From assembly GCA_964502605.1 (NCBI GenBank), contig CAZCXK010000003.1:19476-83475 (forward strand): a stretch of 64,000 nucleotides of DNA, given 5' to 3'. The stretch comes from an uncultured bacterium (GTDB lineage Bacteria > Cyanobacteriota > Cyanobacteriia > CAZCXK01). The position numbers and the translations under genes are program-made. Under the pieces are notes generated by a model. The model did not search any database and was not told the DNA's origin. It saw nothing but the letters and a program-made list of their open reading frames with translations. Positions 46,586 through 56,803 of this stretch are shown one piece after another. Within the stretch, counting starts at the first letter, position 1, and each line of letters starts with the position of its first letter.

Positions 46586-48225
46586 GTAATTACAACACTC
46601 TCCTCAATATTGCTCCAGTTTGGTTGAGCGCAAGTCAGTTTTTTCTTAAGCAGTCATGATATCAACAGATTTAAGCAACAACTCAACCCTGAGCCGTTTC
46701 TAACCTTGATGCAAAAATCTAAATGCAGAAAATATTTAATCAATACAGTTTCATCTATGTGATAACACTATAGCTCTCTGATCGAGCCTGGATCGAAAAC
46801 CCGATCTTTTGTAATTTCTCACGTTGTGGTGAATGTCAATTTATATAGCCTCCAATCTCTACAAGGCTTAACATATTTTTTGCTCCATACAATTCTTAAG
46901 CTGATTGGGTCGATCCATTTACATTTTGTGACCAAAGATTCTGTCTGAGTTCTGGTTTTATGTGATACCAGGCATCAATAGACACAAATAAATCGGGCCA
47001 ATGTCAAGAAAGGAGTACGAGAGAAAGGAGTGCGAGAGAACAGATCCTGAATTTATTTTTTTTGCAGTATTTGCCGTCAACCGACAATTTTAGACTCGCT
47101 TGGGTGCGAAGAGAGGAAGAACCATCAAGAGGCTATTACAGAGGTGTCTTGCCCTGTGTTGCCAACACCCCTGTAGGTGGAAAACGACGCACTTATATCT
47201 GCCATGTTTACAACAGTCTAGAGAGACTAACATTGCATCCTACACAGCTTCAAACTGTTTAAGGTTGACTGCTCACTCAAAACATTTGTCTGTATAATGT
47301 TGCCCAATCGTCAATTTAGTGGGGCATAGAGCATTGGCAAGCTTCCATCAGTCCTGCATTATGGGGGGTCTGAACAGTCGATATCAACAGTATCAATGTC
47401 AATGTCGTCAGGCCAAACATGCTGAAAATCATATCTAGGGACGCCTGCGTTAATCTAGACAGGCTACCCCTGATTATGCGGATTCAGACGATGGGTTCCC
47501 ATATCATTTACAACAGTTGAGAGGTCACCGCACAACATGATAGATGACTGTATGATTGTGCGCCTTCTAAATAGGAAGCCTTAATTAAATAACGTCGTTA
47601 AGTGTACTGCTGGTTAACTGGCAAAACATGAGCCTCTCATCCCCCTACCCCTTCTCCCACAAGGGCGAGGAGGAGTCAGAGCGATTTAGTTCATCAAAGT
47701 CCTTCTACTGCTCTGGAAGAGGTTTGTAGGGCGAGGACAGAAGACTTTTATTAGTCGATCAGTAATGTACTGGGCTGTCGCCACAACACACTGTCGGGGT
47801 TAGCTGCGGTGCATTTAGCTTTACAAATAAATGAAGGCCATTTACTTAGGTTTACTATGATAATGCCTTTCCCCAAGTTGACTCCAGACTACTCTGATCG
47901 CTTAGAATTGGCGGATAGGGCAAGGTCAACAGAGCTATGTCAGGTAAGCTATGCTTTGCCAGTATCAAGAGTACGTTTCATTAATCTGATGATTCAGTAC
48001 AGCAACTTGAGGGCTAGTAGCGCAATAACACGAGTAGGTCAGCAACAATAGGGAAACATCGCCAATTGCTGCAGAATTTTGTCAGGCGATAAATAGTCTT
48101 TACATAGCTTTCAGGATGTTGTTTAGCCTGACATTATCTCCTTAAAACTGAATTCAAGCAGGTGAGCTTAATGCTCAAATGCTTATCTTGGGATCGAGCC
48201 ATAGACACGAAAGAGGATTATCAGC

Positions 48226-49977
48226 GTGCTGTATTTAGCAGAAGTACAGAAGAAGACCAGAGTAATTGGAAGCGGCAAAGTTGAATTCAAACTACTAGCT
48301 TGTCAGCGGTCTGAAAACAGCTGGAGTGCTATTGGCGAAGAAACAATTCCCGCTCCTGACGATGTGAACTATAACTCTGGAGCCTTGGTCATGGTCGATT
48401 TGTCTACTAATCGCCAAGTCCAGCGACATATGGAGGCAGGACGCCAACTCGTCAGTATCTTACAAAATTTTTCACGACTGCAGGAAAAGTTTAAAACTCA
48501 AGAAGAAGAAATCGAACAGTGGAAGCAGTCGCTAACTTATCAGAGTCAAGAACTTAATCGTCGGGAAATGGAGATGGAAGCCCGACAAGAGCAGCTTCAA
48601 CAAATGGAAGAAGACTTTGAACGCCTAGAGCAACAGCGCCAAGAGATTGAAGCAGCGCGTGAGGAAGCCAATCGGTTGCAAGAAGATTTTTCTCGAAAAA
48701 CGCAAGACCTTGAAGGTGCATGGGCCCATTTAGACGGCGAAAAACAGCGTCTAGAAGAACAACGGGAGCAAATTCAGCAGAAGCCAGGGTTAGACGGAGA
48801 ACAAGCCCGACATATTCAAGAATTGCTGTACCGGATTTCAAGTACTGTGGCTCCGACAGAATCTGTTCGAGATCACCTACGTATTTCCTTTGAAATTGTG
48901 GAACAGCAACAAGGAAATTTAGATCAATATTGGCATACTCTAGAGACGCAGCACGCTTCGGCTCAACAGCAGCAAGATGAGGTCAACCAGCAAGGGCAAG
49001 AGATCCACGAATGTTGGCAGCAATGGCATCAAGCGCAAGAATCTCTCGAACAGGCTCGTGCTGAATTGGGCTGGCAAAAGAGTGCTTTGGACGCAAAGCG
49101 CGATGCCGTCCAGGCATTGACGTCTCATGTTCAGCAACAGACCAATTTATATGAACAAACTCAGCAACTGGCCGACACTGGGGTTGGCTCCATTGCGCGG
49201 GTTGATGTGGAAGCGCTTGAGAAAAAGCCGCTTGGTCAGCTGCAGTCAACTGTTGAAGATCTAGAGCAAGAACTAGAGAAAAATTCTCGGTTTGTCAGTA
49301 GCCAAGAAGAAGAGTTATCACTTCAGCGAGAGGAGATAGAAAAGCTCCAGGTGAAGATGCAGCAAGCGAGTGAGTATGATCGGCTCAGCTTAGAGGCTCA
49401 GATTGCTGATGAGCAGGAGAGCTATCGCATGCTCAATGAGACGCTGGTTGGTCAGCGGCGCAACTTACAGGAGAGAGAAGCCGTTTTGAAGCAGCATCAA
49501 ATTATTCTCGCGCGTCGCCAAGGTCTGCCTCTAGAGACAGGCCAACCCAACACCATCAATGTAGACCCACTACTTAGACAAATTGATGCCATTCGGCAAC
49601 ATCAGATTCAAGAATTGCAAAAGTTGGAGGAGCAGGTGCGACAACTGCAGCTATCTGTGGATGAAGCGGAGCACCGGGTAACCCATCAAACGCAAGCTCA
49701 AGAATCTACTCTGAATGATTTGAAACAGCTAGAGCAAGATTGGAGGGCTAAGAATGTAGCGGTTGCAGAGTTGTGGAGCAAGCTCAACACGTATGAGGAG
49801 GTGCTACAGCCCGTTCAAGCGAGTCTCAATAGTCTCCGAGAGAAGCTAGATGCGATCGCCAATCTGATGGCTCAGTTTCAAGAGTCGAGTGACTACCAGT
49901 TGCAGTCGATCAATGAAATGCAGCAGCAAGTTCAGCAGTTGACTGATGCCGTATCCCCTGAGCTGGCAGCATCATAA
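48226..49977 (+). CDS. hmpF: Coiled-coil protein, HmpF-like (pilus/motility polarity factor encoded divergently from the hmp/pil chemosensory operon)
   Basis: A roughly 100-aa globular N-terminus (MLYLAEVQKKTRVIGSGKVEFKLL...) is followed by about 480 aa of Q/E/L-rich heptad coiled coil. It is divergent from the PatA-type regulator gene, the same arrangement as hmpA/hmpF in Nostoc punctiforme. The symbol is given on architecture and synteny only. Confidence 0.5.
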   Translation: MLYLAEVQKKTRVIGSGKVEFKLLACQRSENSWSAIGEETIPAPDDVNYNSGALVMVDLSTNRQVQRHMEAGRQLVSILQNFSRLQEKFKTQEEEIEQWKQSLTYQSQELNRREMEMEARQEQLQQMEEDFERLEQQRQEIEAAREEANRLQEDFSRKTQDLEGAWAHLDGEKQRLEEQREQIQQKPGLDGEQARHIQELLYRISSTVAPTESVRDHLRISFEIVEQQQGNLDQYWHTLETQHASAQQQQDEVNQQGQEIHECWQQWHQAQESLEQARAELGWQKSALDAKRDAVQALTSHVQQQTNLYEQTQQLADTGVGSIARVDVEALEKKPLGQLQSTVEDLEQELEKNSRFVSSQEEELSLQREEIEKLQVKMQQASEYDRLSLEAQIADEQESYRMLNETLVGQRRNLQEREAVLKQHQIILARRQGLPLETGQPNTINVDPLLRQIDAIRQHQIQELQKLEEQVRQLQLSVDEAEHRVTHQTQAQESTLNDLKQLEQDWRAKNVAVAELWSKLNTYEEVLQPVQASLNSLREKLDAIANLMAQFQESSDYQLQSINEMQQQVQQLTDAVSPELAAS

Positions 49978-50013
49978 TCTGTTCAGTATTCCCCAAAACA
50001 CATTCCTCAGCAG

Positions 50014-51027
50014 CTAAGCGTTAGTCATCACAATCCATTCATGATCCACTCGGGCGATCGCCCCACCAGGGAACGGATCGGTCTGGGTGCGCTGGGCGGC
50101 TGTAATCAGAGCGGTTAGCTTTTCAATATGGGCAAATGTCGGGGCTGCTGGCAAAATCTGGTATAGCCAGCGGCGGATAACTCGACGTTGCAGCGCCAGA
50201 GGTGCAGATTGCAATACAAGGCGGTTTAATCGTAATTGCGGTGCAGCGTCAGCAGATGAAGGGGGCATAGTCGCCTGTTGCCAGAGCGTTTGAGTTTGAG
50301 TTTCGAGGTAGTCTACCTCGGCCTGTAATATTTCAACGGTTTGGTTGAGCGCCTGCTCAACATGGGGATTCAAATGGCGTTGAAGATAGGGCAAGACATC
50401 ATGACGAATCCGGCTGCGGGCATAGCGGCGGTCATAATTAAACGGATCATCATAGACGGCTAGAGTGCGATGATGGCAAAAGGCGGCAGTCTGGTCGCGC
50501 GTGACGTCAAGCAGGGGGCGCACCAAGTGCACCGTTGGATGAAGGTGCCGCGTCCAACTCAAGGACTGGAGGCCATCGGCTCCGCTGCCTCGCACCAAGT
50601 TATGAATCAACGTCTCTGCCCGATCGCTCGCCGTATGCGCCGTCACAATAGCGGCATAGCCGTGGGCGATCGCCACTTGCAATAGAGCCTGATAGCGCCA
50701 CTGTCGAGCAGATCCCTCCCGATCATCAATTTCTGCGGCGGTCAGTCCATAAAACGGCACCTGCCACTGCTCAGCCCACACAGCCATGTGAGCCGCCACC
50801 CGATCTTCGTCTGGAGCCCATCGATGATTGCAGTGGGCGATCGCTATGTTCCACTGCCACTTAGGCTGCAAATCTAGCAGCAAGCGAATCAAGCAGACCG
50901 AATCTTGCCCACCCGATACTGCAACCAAAAGGCGATCGCTCTTGGTAAAAAGCTGCCGTTGACGAATGGTACGATGCAGACGAGCATGTAGATCAGTCCA
51001 CTCTGGAGCCATGCGCGTACGACACAC
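50014..51027 (-). CDS. tilS: tRNA(Ile)-lysidine synthetase
   Basis: PP-loop LLVAVSGGQDSVCL (SGGxDS) near the N-terminus, with a length and C-terminal domain typical of TilS. Confidence 0.8.
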   Translation of the reverse strand: MCRTRMAPEWTDLHARLHRTIRQRQLFTKSDRLLVAVSGGQDSVCLIRLLLDLQPKWQWNIAIAHCNHRWAPDEDRVAAHMAVWAEQWQVPFYGLTAAEIDDREGSARQWRYQALLQVAIAHGYAAIVTAHTASDRAETLIHNLVRGSGADGLQSLSWTRHLHPTVHLVRPLLDVTRDQTAAFCHHRTLAVYDDPFNYDRRYARSRIRHDVLPYLQRHLNPHVEQALNQTVEILQAEVDYLETQTQTLWQQATMPPSSADAAPQLRLNRLVLQSAPLALQRRVIRRWLYQILPAAPTFAHIEKLTALITAAQRTQTDPFPGGAIARVDHEWIVMTNA

Positions 51028-51032
51028 CTGCG

Positions 51033-52154
51033 TTAGAAAAACCAGCCGTAGCTATGCAGACCTTTGCCCAACAAGTTGACCCCGAGATAACACACCCAAA
51101 TCACTAAAAAGCCAGAGGCAGCAAGAATAGCAGGTCGTCGCCCTTGCCATCCTCGAGTAATCCGAGCGTGTAAATAGGCAGCAAATACTAGCCAGGTAAT
51201 TAACGCCCACGTCTCTTTCGGATCCCAACTCCAGTATGATCCCCAGGCTTCATTTGCCCATACCGCTCCAGCAATGATCCCAATTGTCAGCAACGGAAAT
51301 CCCAGGCCAATAATGCGATAGCTAACATTGTCGAGAGTGTCGGCTAGACTCAACCTCTGGGGCGAGAGTAGGGGCTCAGTTGCGTCATTGGGCTCAGCTT
51401 CGACTAATGTGGCCAGCGCCTCAGCAGGGGCTTCCGCCCGAAGCACGGCTGTTGACCACGCTGCAGAGGTCGTTTGGCTAGAAGCATTGCCCTCTGGGGC
51501 AGTTATAAACATGTTCGAGAGTGTCGTGCTGGAAATACTCGCAGCCGCTTGCCCGGATCGATACAAATGATAGCGCCCAGTGCGATAGGCACCCGTACCT
51601 ACCGAGCTGCCACGCAGTTCAATCGCTTGACCTCGCGTCACTACAAGAAAGGCGATCGCCACCAGAGCACCCACCATCAGAGCGGCATAACTCAACAGCA
51701 TAATGCTGACATGCATCATCAGCCAGTTTGACTTCAGCGCAGGCACCAATGGCTCAGAGTGCTGCATCGAGTCGGGTAACGCCAGAGCAGAAAATGCCGC
51801 AATCCCCATGGCGATGGGAGCCGTAACCACTCCCACCAAGCGACTCCGACTCAAATGCTCTGCAAAAAGATGAACAGCTGTAATGCCCCATGCCACGAAA
51901 AAGAGCGATTCGTAGAGATTGCTCAATGGAAAATAGCCCGCTTCTATCCAGCGCGCACCCAACAGCGCAGCTATGCAGAGATTGGCGATCGCCATACCAG
52001 TTGTGCCTAGCATTGTGAAGTAGGGCACCCTCGGGAAAGCCGCCCCACCCCAGTAAATTAGCATCGTCACCAACAAAACAGCGAACGAGGTATTATCAAG
52101 CCAGCCTTGAAGCGTCACAAGATCCATAACACAAGATTCACGAACAGATTGCAA
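51033..52154 (-). CDS. ccsA: Cytochrome c-type biogenesis protein CcsA (System II heme handling, WWD domain)
   Basis: Polytopic membrane protein with the Trp-rich motif [26 protein letters not shown] and conserved His residues. An insertion loop lies between the TM blocks, as in cyanobacterial CcsA. Confidence 0.85.
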   Translation of the reverse strand: MQSVRESCVMDLVTLQGWLDNTSFAVLLVTMLIYWGGAAFPRVPYFTMLGTTGMAIANLCIAALLGARWIEAGYFPLSNLYESLFFVAWGITAVHLFAEHLSRSRLVGVVTAPIAMGIAAFSALALPDSMQHSEPLVPALKSNWLMMHVSIMLLSYAALMVGALVAIAFLVVTRGQAIELRGSSVGTGAYRTGRYHLYRSGQAAASISSTTLSNMFITAPEGNASSQTTSAAWSTAVLRAEAPAEALATLVEAEPNDATEPLLSPQRLSLADTLDNVSYRIIGLGFPLLTIGIIAGAVWANEAWGSYWSWDPKETWALITWLVFAAYLHARITRGWQGRRPAILAASGFLVIWVCYLGVNLLGKGLHSYGWFF

Positions 52155-52663
52155 ACAGGTTCTAAACGTTTTTTAGAGAATTTCTCAGAATCAAACTCAA
52201 TGCTTAACTGTTAAACAGAGACCAACAGATTAAGACTCAAGTGAGATAACACATCAAACCTTTATAGAAGATGGCATTGTGGTTTTGCATTAGCACAAAG
52301 CCTGCCATTGCCGCTCGATTGACTCTACACAGGTATGCGCTGATAGCGACTTAGAAACTGACTCCTGCATCTATTATCCTATCCAGTCTTGGCCCTTCTG
52401 GAGCACCCACGCACATGGTCTTATCAGAAAGAGTTATGGGGAGGCGCTCAAACTGCAGTGAAGTTTTATAACAAAAGAACTGTGTAGCTTGCTACACTGG
52501 TTTCCGGAAAAGGAATTAGCACTCATGTTGATATCCTTTAGGCCGACTGTCGATTTGGGAACGCACAGTTCGGGCTTCTTCCAATTGAGAACGCAACCTT
52601 TATCAAAGAACGACCTTAAACTGGTTCTACATGAGCCAGTTTTTTTATATGCTTCTCGATCGA

Positions 52664-55600
52664 CTAGAGCTTTGGCAAAATTTCAGGCAGCAACGACCCC
52701 GGAAGTAGCGAGAGCGCAATATTTTGTCCTTCCAGACCTCCTTTATTAAAGAAGGCACGAACCGTTTGAATGATGCACTGCAGCGCTGTTTGCCGCAGCT
52801 CTAACCGATGTTGCCAGCCTTGAAAAGCCACAATGTGGTTTTTCAGGGACGCTTTGAGACAGTCTGACCAGTTTGTGCCAACCAGAGTGATGTGAGCATC
52901 ATTAACGAGTTCATAATGAACTAGACCCAAATTATTATGCGTCGCTAAAACATCGAAATTGAGAGGTACAGGCCCTCCCGCTGCAGATGAGAGCTGGTGC
53001 ACCGCTGTTAGAGCACTGTCATAGGCGGCGATCGCCCGTTCGAGGTAATCTCGTTTCGTCTCAGGATTATCGTTTGTATGGGTAGCCATATGCCAATAGG
53101 CCGTGCCCAAGTTATTTTGCGTGGCGGCAAAGGCCAGCGGAGCCTGCTCCATCGTTCGATATTTCAGAGCCATCCGATAGGCACCCAGGGCTAGGGCCAG
53201 CCAATCTTGAGGCTGGTCATACTGAGCCAAGTTCCAGTAGGCGGTGCCCAGATTGTTTTGAATCATGGCATAGTTGAGCGGCTCTTGTTCTGGGCGATAG
53301 TATCTCAGAGCTTCGGCATAGGAGGCGATCGCCTGTTTGAGATAAACCCGAGGCTCATGATGTTGAGCCAAATTCCAGTAGGTGGTGCCCAGATTATTCT
53401 GCGTTGAAGCATATCGCATCGGATCATCTTCCGCTTTGCGGTAACGCAGGGCTTCTTGATAGGCTTGCGTCGAACGTTGAAGATTTTCCACAGGGTCTTG
53501 ATAGCGTGCCAAATCACCATGCGCTGCCCCCAAATTATTTTGAATCATGGGATAGGTTTGCGGATGAGTTTGGGGTGAAATTTTAGTTAGCGCCACTTGA
53601 TAAAACTGGATACCCTGCTGCAAATAGGGTAATCCTTGATCGGGGCTCGGCGACGATCGCGACAGCAGCCAGCATAGGTTGCCCATATCATTGAGCACTT
53701 CGGCCCAAAGCGGCGACCCATCATCGAGCCAGCGCAGCACTTGCTCATAGGCACTCATGGCCGCCATCAGCGTCTGGGGCGACGCATTGCCTTGTTCAAT
53801 GCGATCGCGATAGAGATTACCCAACGCTCGATACGCATGAGCCAACACCATTGGCTCTGCTCGACGGCGATGCAGCTGCTCAATCTGATTCAAAAAGCTC
53901 TGAGCTTGCGGATCAGATGGCATATCCTGCCGATGCAGGTCTGCATCCCCAGGGTCTGATCGGTTGGCCAACCGATCAGACGTTGCAGCCTCTTGAGTAG
54001 CCTTGACAGAACCTTGCAACGACCAATCTAAGAAATCCGGTTCTGCATCAACGATATCCAGCTCGTTCAGATCGAGTTCATCGAGAATGTCAGGCTCGTT
54101 AGCGCTGCCGCTGCTAAGTGGAGTCCCCATCGGCGCAGCATCAGCCGCTGCTGGAGGAGGGCTATATCCGGTGAAGTCAAGCTCATCCGCTTCAATCTCT
54201 TGACTGATGTTAAACCTCGATGAGACCACGTCTACCGCAGTGATATCCATCTCACCACCATCCCAGTCATATTCGAGGTTTAATCCAGCATCGACGGGAT
54301 CAATCTCGGTGATAGGCAGGGATTCGCCGCTCGCAGATGCTGCTTGAACCTGACTACTATCAGTTGGTGCAATTTCTAGACTATCTGGACTGTCTGAGTG
54401 GGCAGAATTGGCATTAGCACGATTGATATTGACATTTACACGAGATCCAGCGGTTCTATCCGTGCGACTCGGTGGCACAGATGTCACCGGAACTGACGAC
54501 GCAGCTTGGGGCGGAAGGGACAGCGTCTCGTCTGGGGTATCAGATGACACGAAAGACCGAGTCGGTTCTGGAGGCGGAGCCGACATCGGACTAGGGGCGC
54601 GCTCTGACTCCGACGGGGCAAAATCAATCTCATCGAATTCTGCGACATCGGCTTCGATATCCGACAACGAAATCGGCTCATGTGACTGCCCCGTGAGGTA
54701 GATCGCGTCACTCACTCTAGCTGCCGACACTGCATTCCGGCTGGGGCGATTTGCAGAAAACGACCGTACCGGAGACCCGACAGTCTCGTTCGAGGGCAAG
54801 GGTGGCGATATAGGTCGAGCCACGCGATCGCCAGAAGGATCTGGCAACCTTGCCTGAGAGTTTGGAGTCGGCAATTGCGAGTCTGCGACGGGCGGAGAAC
54901 TCGCTCGGGCTGGCTCGACAGGCTTCGACACTCCCATATCAGACGACGTGGGGAGTGGGGTGATAGCTGCAGACGGCTGACGGTCAGACGGTTTGCCTGA
55001 CTGGCTCTGGGAGTTTGACGGATGATTAGCAGACGGGGCTGGTGTAGACCGAGAGGGCGATGATTCTGAAGGGGACAGTGGATTGGATTGGGAAGTAGCC
55101 TTGGATGACAACGGAGTTTGAGTCTGGGGCTCGGCAGACAGAGAGTTGGATGGAGCAGCAGGAAGGCGATCGCGCTGAGATGAAATTGAAAGGCTGGGCG
55201 GCGGCGGCGGCACCGCTGCTGCTGGAGACGGAGCGGTCAGAGGTTGACGGGGTGCCACTGGTTGACGAGGCGATCGCGGCTGATGTGATGGCGCGGTCGA
55301 GGACAGCTGTTGGGGCTTTTGTCGCGCTACAGGCGTAGGTTCTCCCACAAAATCAAACAGTGCAGTGCGGCAGTGCCAAAATTCAGGCGCAGACTGAGGA
55401 ATAATCCGCACCCATGGACGGGGCATCCAAAACAAGATGCTCGATTCGAGTGCAGGAAGACTACGCTCAATGCCCTGTAAATAGGTGAGGAACAGCCACT
55501 GAACTGAGGCTGGCTGGCGGCTGAGCAACTCAATCCCCAAAATCTGAAAGGCTGGCATGGGCATTCGCACTCCACCCTGCTGAGGCGGAGGAAATTTAGC

Positions 55601-55963
55601 TAGCCAATGAGAAATCTGGATGATCGGGTTAGGATTTTGAATATCAAGATTGAGACTGACCAAACGCGAATAGCGGGCGATTTGTGGCGACGATTCAGGT
55701 TGGGGGATTTGAGCAGGATTGAAGAGGCCACCCAAATCGACCTGAAGCTGGTGAGCAATGCGATCGCGCAAGATCAAGTCATCGCAAACCGCAACAAAAA
55801 CCTGCCGTCTGAGATTTAAGCCAAGTGCAGCTTTTAATCGGATATAAGTTTCCTGATTCTGCCCTGATGGGGTGTGGGAGTCGGTATTGGCCACGGCAGT
55901 GCCTGCGGAAAAAGGAAGATCAGTCACGTTAGGAGACGTAAAAGCTCCAACAGAATTAACCAT
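52664..55963 (-). CDS. Large multidomain protein: unknown N-terminal domain of about 230 aa, Pro/Ser/Ala-rich disordered linker of about 450 aa, acidic segment, C-terminal array of at least 6 TPR-like repeats
   Basis: Repeated 34-40-aa units in the C-terminal third (e.g. AIASYAEALRYYRPEQEPLNYAMIQNNLGTAYWNLAQ and variants). The linker is dominated by P, S, A and Q. Confidence 0.5.
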   Translation of the reverse strand: MVNSVGAFTSPNVTDLPFSAGTAVANTDSHTPSGQNQETYIRLKAALGLNLRRQVFVAVCDDLILRDRIAHQLQVDLGGLFNPAQIPQPESSPQIARYSRLVSLNLDIQNPNPIIQISHWLAKFPPPQQGGVRMPMPAFQILGIELLSRQPASVQWLFLTYLQGIERSLPALESSILFWMPRPWVRIIPQSAPEFWHCRTALFDFVGEPTPVARQKPQQLSSTAPSHQPRSPRQPVAPRQPLTAPSPAAAVPPPPPSLSISSQRDRLPAAPSNSLSAEPQTQTPLSSKATSQSNPLSPSESSPSRSTPAPSANHPSNSQSQSGKPSDRQPSAAITPLPTSSDMGVSKPVEPARASSPPVADSQLPTPNSQARLPDPSGDRVARPISPPLPSNETVGSPVRSFSANRPSRNAVSAARVSDAIYLTGQSHEPISLSDIEADVAEFDEIDFAPSESERAPSPMSAPPPEPTRSFVSSDTPDETLSLPPQAASSVPVTSVPPSRTDRTAGSRVNVNINRANANSAHSDSPDSLEIAPTDSSQVQAASASGESLPITEIDPVDAGLNLEYDWDGGEMDITAVDVVSSRFNISQEIEADELDFTGYSPPPAAADAAPMGTPLSSGSANEPDILDELDLNELDIVDAEPDFLDWSLQGSVKATQEAATSDRLANRSDPGDADLHRQDMPSDPQAQSFLNQIEQLHRRRAEPMVLAHAYRALGNLYRDRIEQGNASPQTLMAAMSAYEQVLRWLDDGSPLWAEVLNDMGNLCWLLSRSSPSPDQGLPYLQQGIQFYQVALTKISPQTHPQTYPMIQNNLGAAHGDLARYQDPVENLQRSTQAYQEALRYRKAEDDPMRYASTQNNLGTTYWNLAQHHEPRVYLKQAIASYAEALRYYRPEQEPLNYAMIQNNLGTAYWNLAQYDQPQDWLALALGAYRMALKYRTMEQAPLAFAATQNNLGTAYWHMATHTNDNPETKRDYLERAIAAYDSALTAVHQLSSAAGGPVPLNFDVLATHNNLGLVHYELVNDAHITLVGTNWSDCLKASLKNHIVAFQGWQHRLELRQTALQCIIQTVRAFFNKGGLEGQNIALSLLPGSLLPEILPKL

Positions 55964-56276
55964 TGCATAACATTAGGGCGAATGATCGAAGCGGTTAGGT
56001 GTTACAGGTGACATGACAGCCTATCAGAGCAAGCAAATTGCTGTCCGCGTGAATCTATGCACCAATGTGCGGTTAGTCATGCGATCGCACACTAAAACCC
56101 CTTTCCTCAGAGGGTTACACCATGCTTACAACAGAATGAACACCTATCCAAAGGTCTTACCTCTCTCTTCACGTCATTCAGTTCAAAGTCAGGATGAAAT
56201 CAGGTGGGCTGAGTCTGCCTGAGAGCAGGTCATCTTCAGGGTAGGATTCAGATTTTAGAACTCCGCGCAAAAAGAA

Positions 56277-56303
56277 CAGGCGTCCCAAAGCCTGGGACAC
56301 CTG
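56277..56303 (-). terminator. Hairpin terminator (10-bp stem with one mismatch, 7-nt loop) flanked by an A/T run
   Basis: caggcgtccc-aaagcct-gggacacctg. The plus-strand caaaaagaa run immediately before it becomes a U-run after the stem on the minus strand. A T-rich run also follows on the plus strand, so it may act bidirectionally. Confidence 0.35.
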
Positions 56304-56446
56304 CTAATCGGGGTTAATTCTTTTGATGAATTACAACGTCTCAAAGTTCCGTCTAGCAGATGATCGTTACCTGGAAACGCACTTTAATAACGCACTTTAA
56401 TGCTGTAAGCGTTGAGGCAACAACTAAGCCATCCAATTAAGACACC

Positions 56447-56617
56447 TTAAGACACCGAAACCGCTACAACAATCAAACCGCTCAGAAGCACAATTGCACT
56501 GACACCAATCAGGATAAAATTGCGCTTTTGTGCGTTGGTTGGAGGTTCTGCCTGATACATCTTTGGCTCAACTGCAAAGTTGTTCAAGCGACCGCCCTCT
56601 TCGGTGGTGTATGGCAT
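56447..56617 (-). CDS. Small (56-aa) single-pass membrane protein with an N-terminus resembling high-light-inducible (HLIP/Scp) proteins but lacking the chlorophyll-binding ExxNGR motif
   Basis: Not in the supplied ORF track because it is under 60 aa. The translation is MPYTTEEGGRLNNFAVEPKMYQAEPPTNAQKRNFILIGVSAIVLLSGLIVVAVSVS. RLNNFAVEP matches the RLNNFAIEP segment of HliA/HliB-type proteins. A hairpin terminator lies about 140 nt downstream. Confidence 0.3.
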   Translation of the reverse strand: MPYTTEEGGRLNNFAVEPKMYQAEPPTNAQKRNFILIGVSAIVLLSGLIVVAVSVS

Positions 56618-56803
56618 CGTCAAAATCCTCTAATGTCTAGATCTAATTATTCAATCTTAACAAAAATTCATAAAGAATCAAAGATTTAAATAGAAGCTAG
56701 CATCAACCCAGGCAATCTGTAAACTTTTGGTTCATCCAATCGCAAACATCACCCTTGACCTCAGAAACCCAGTCTAACCCTTTATCCGCAGGCTGAGCGA
56801 GGC

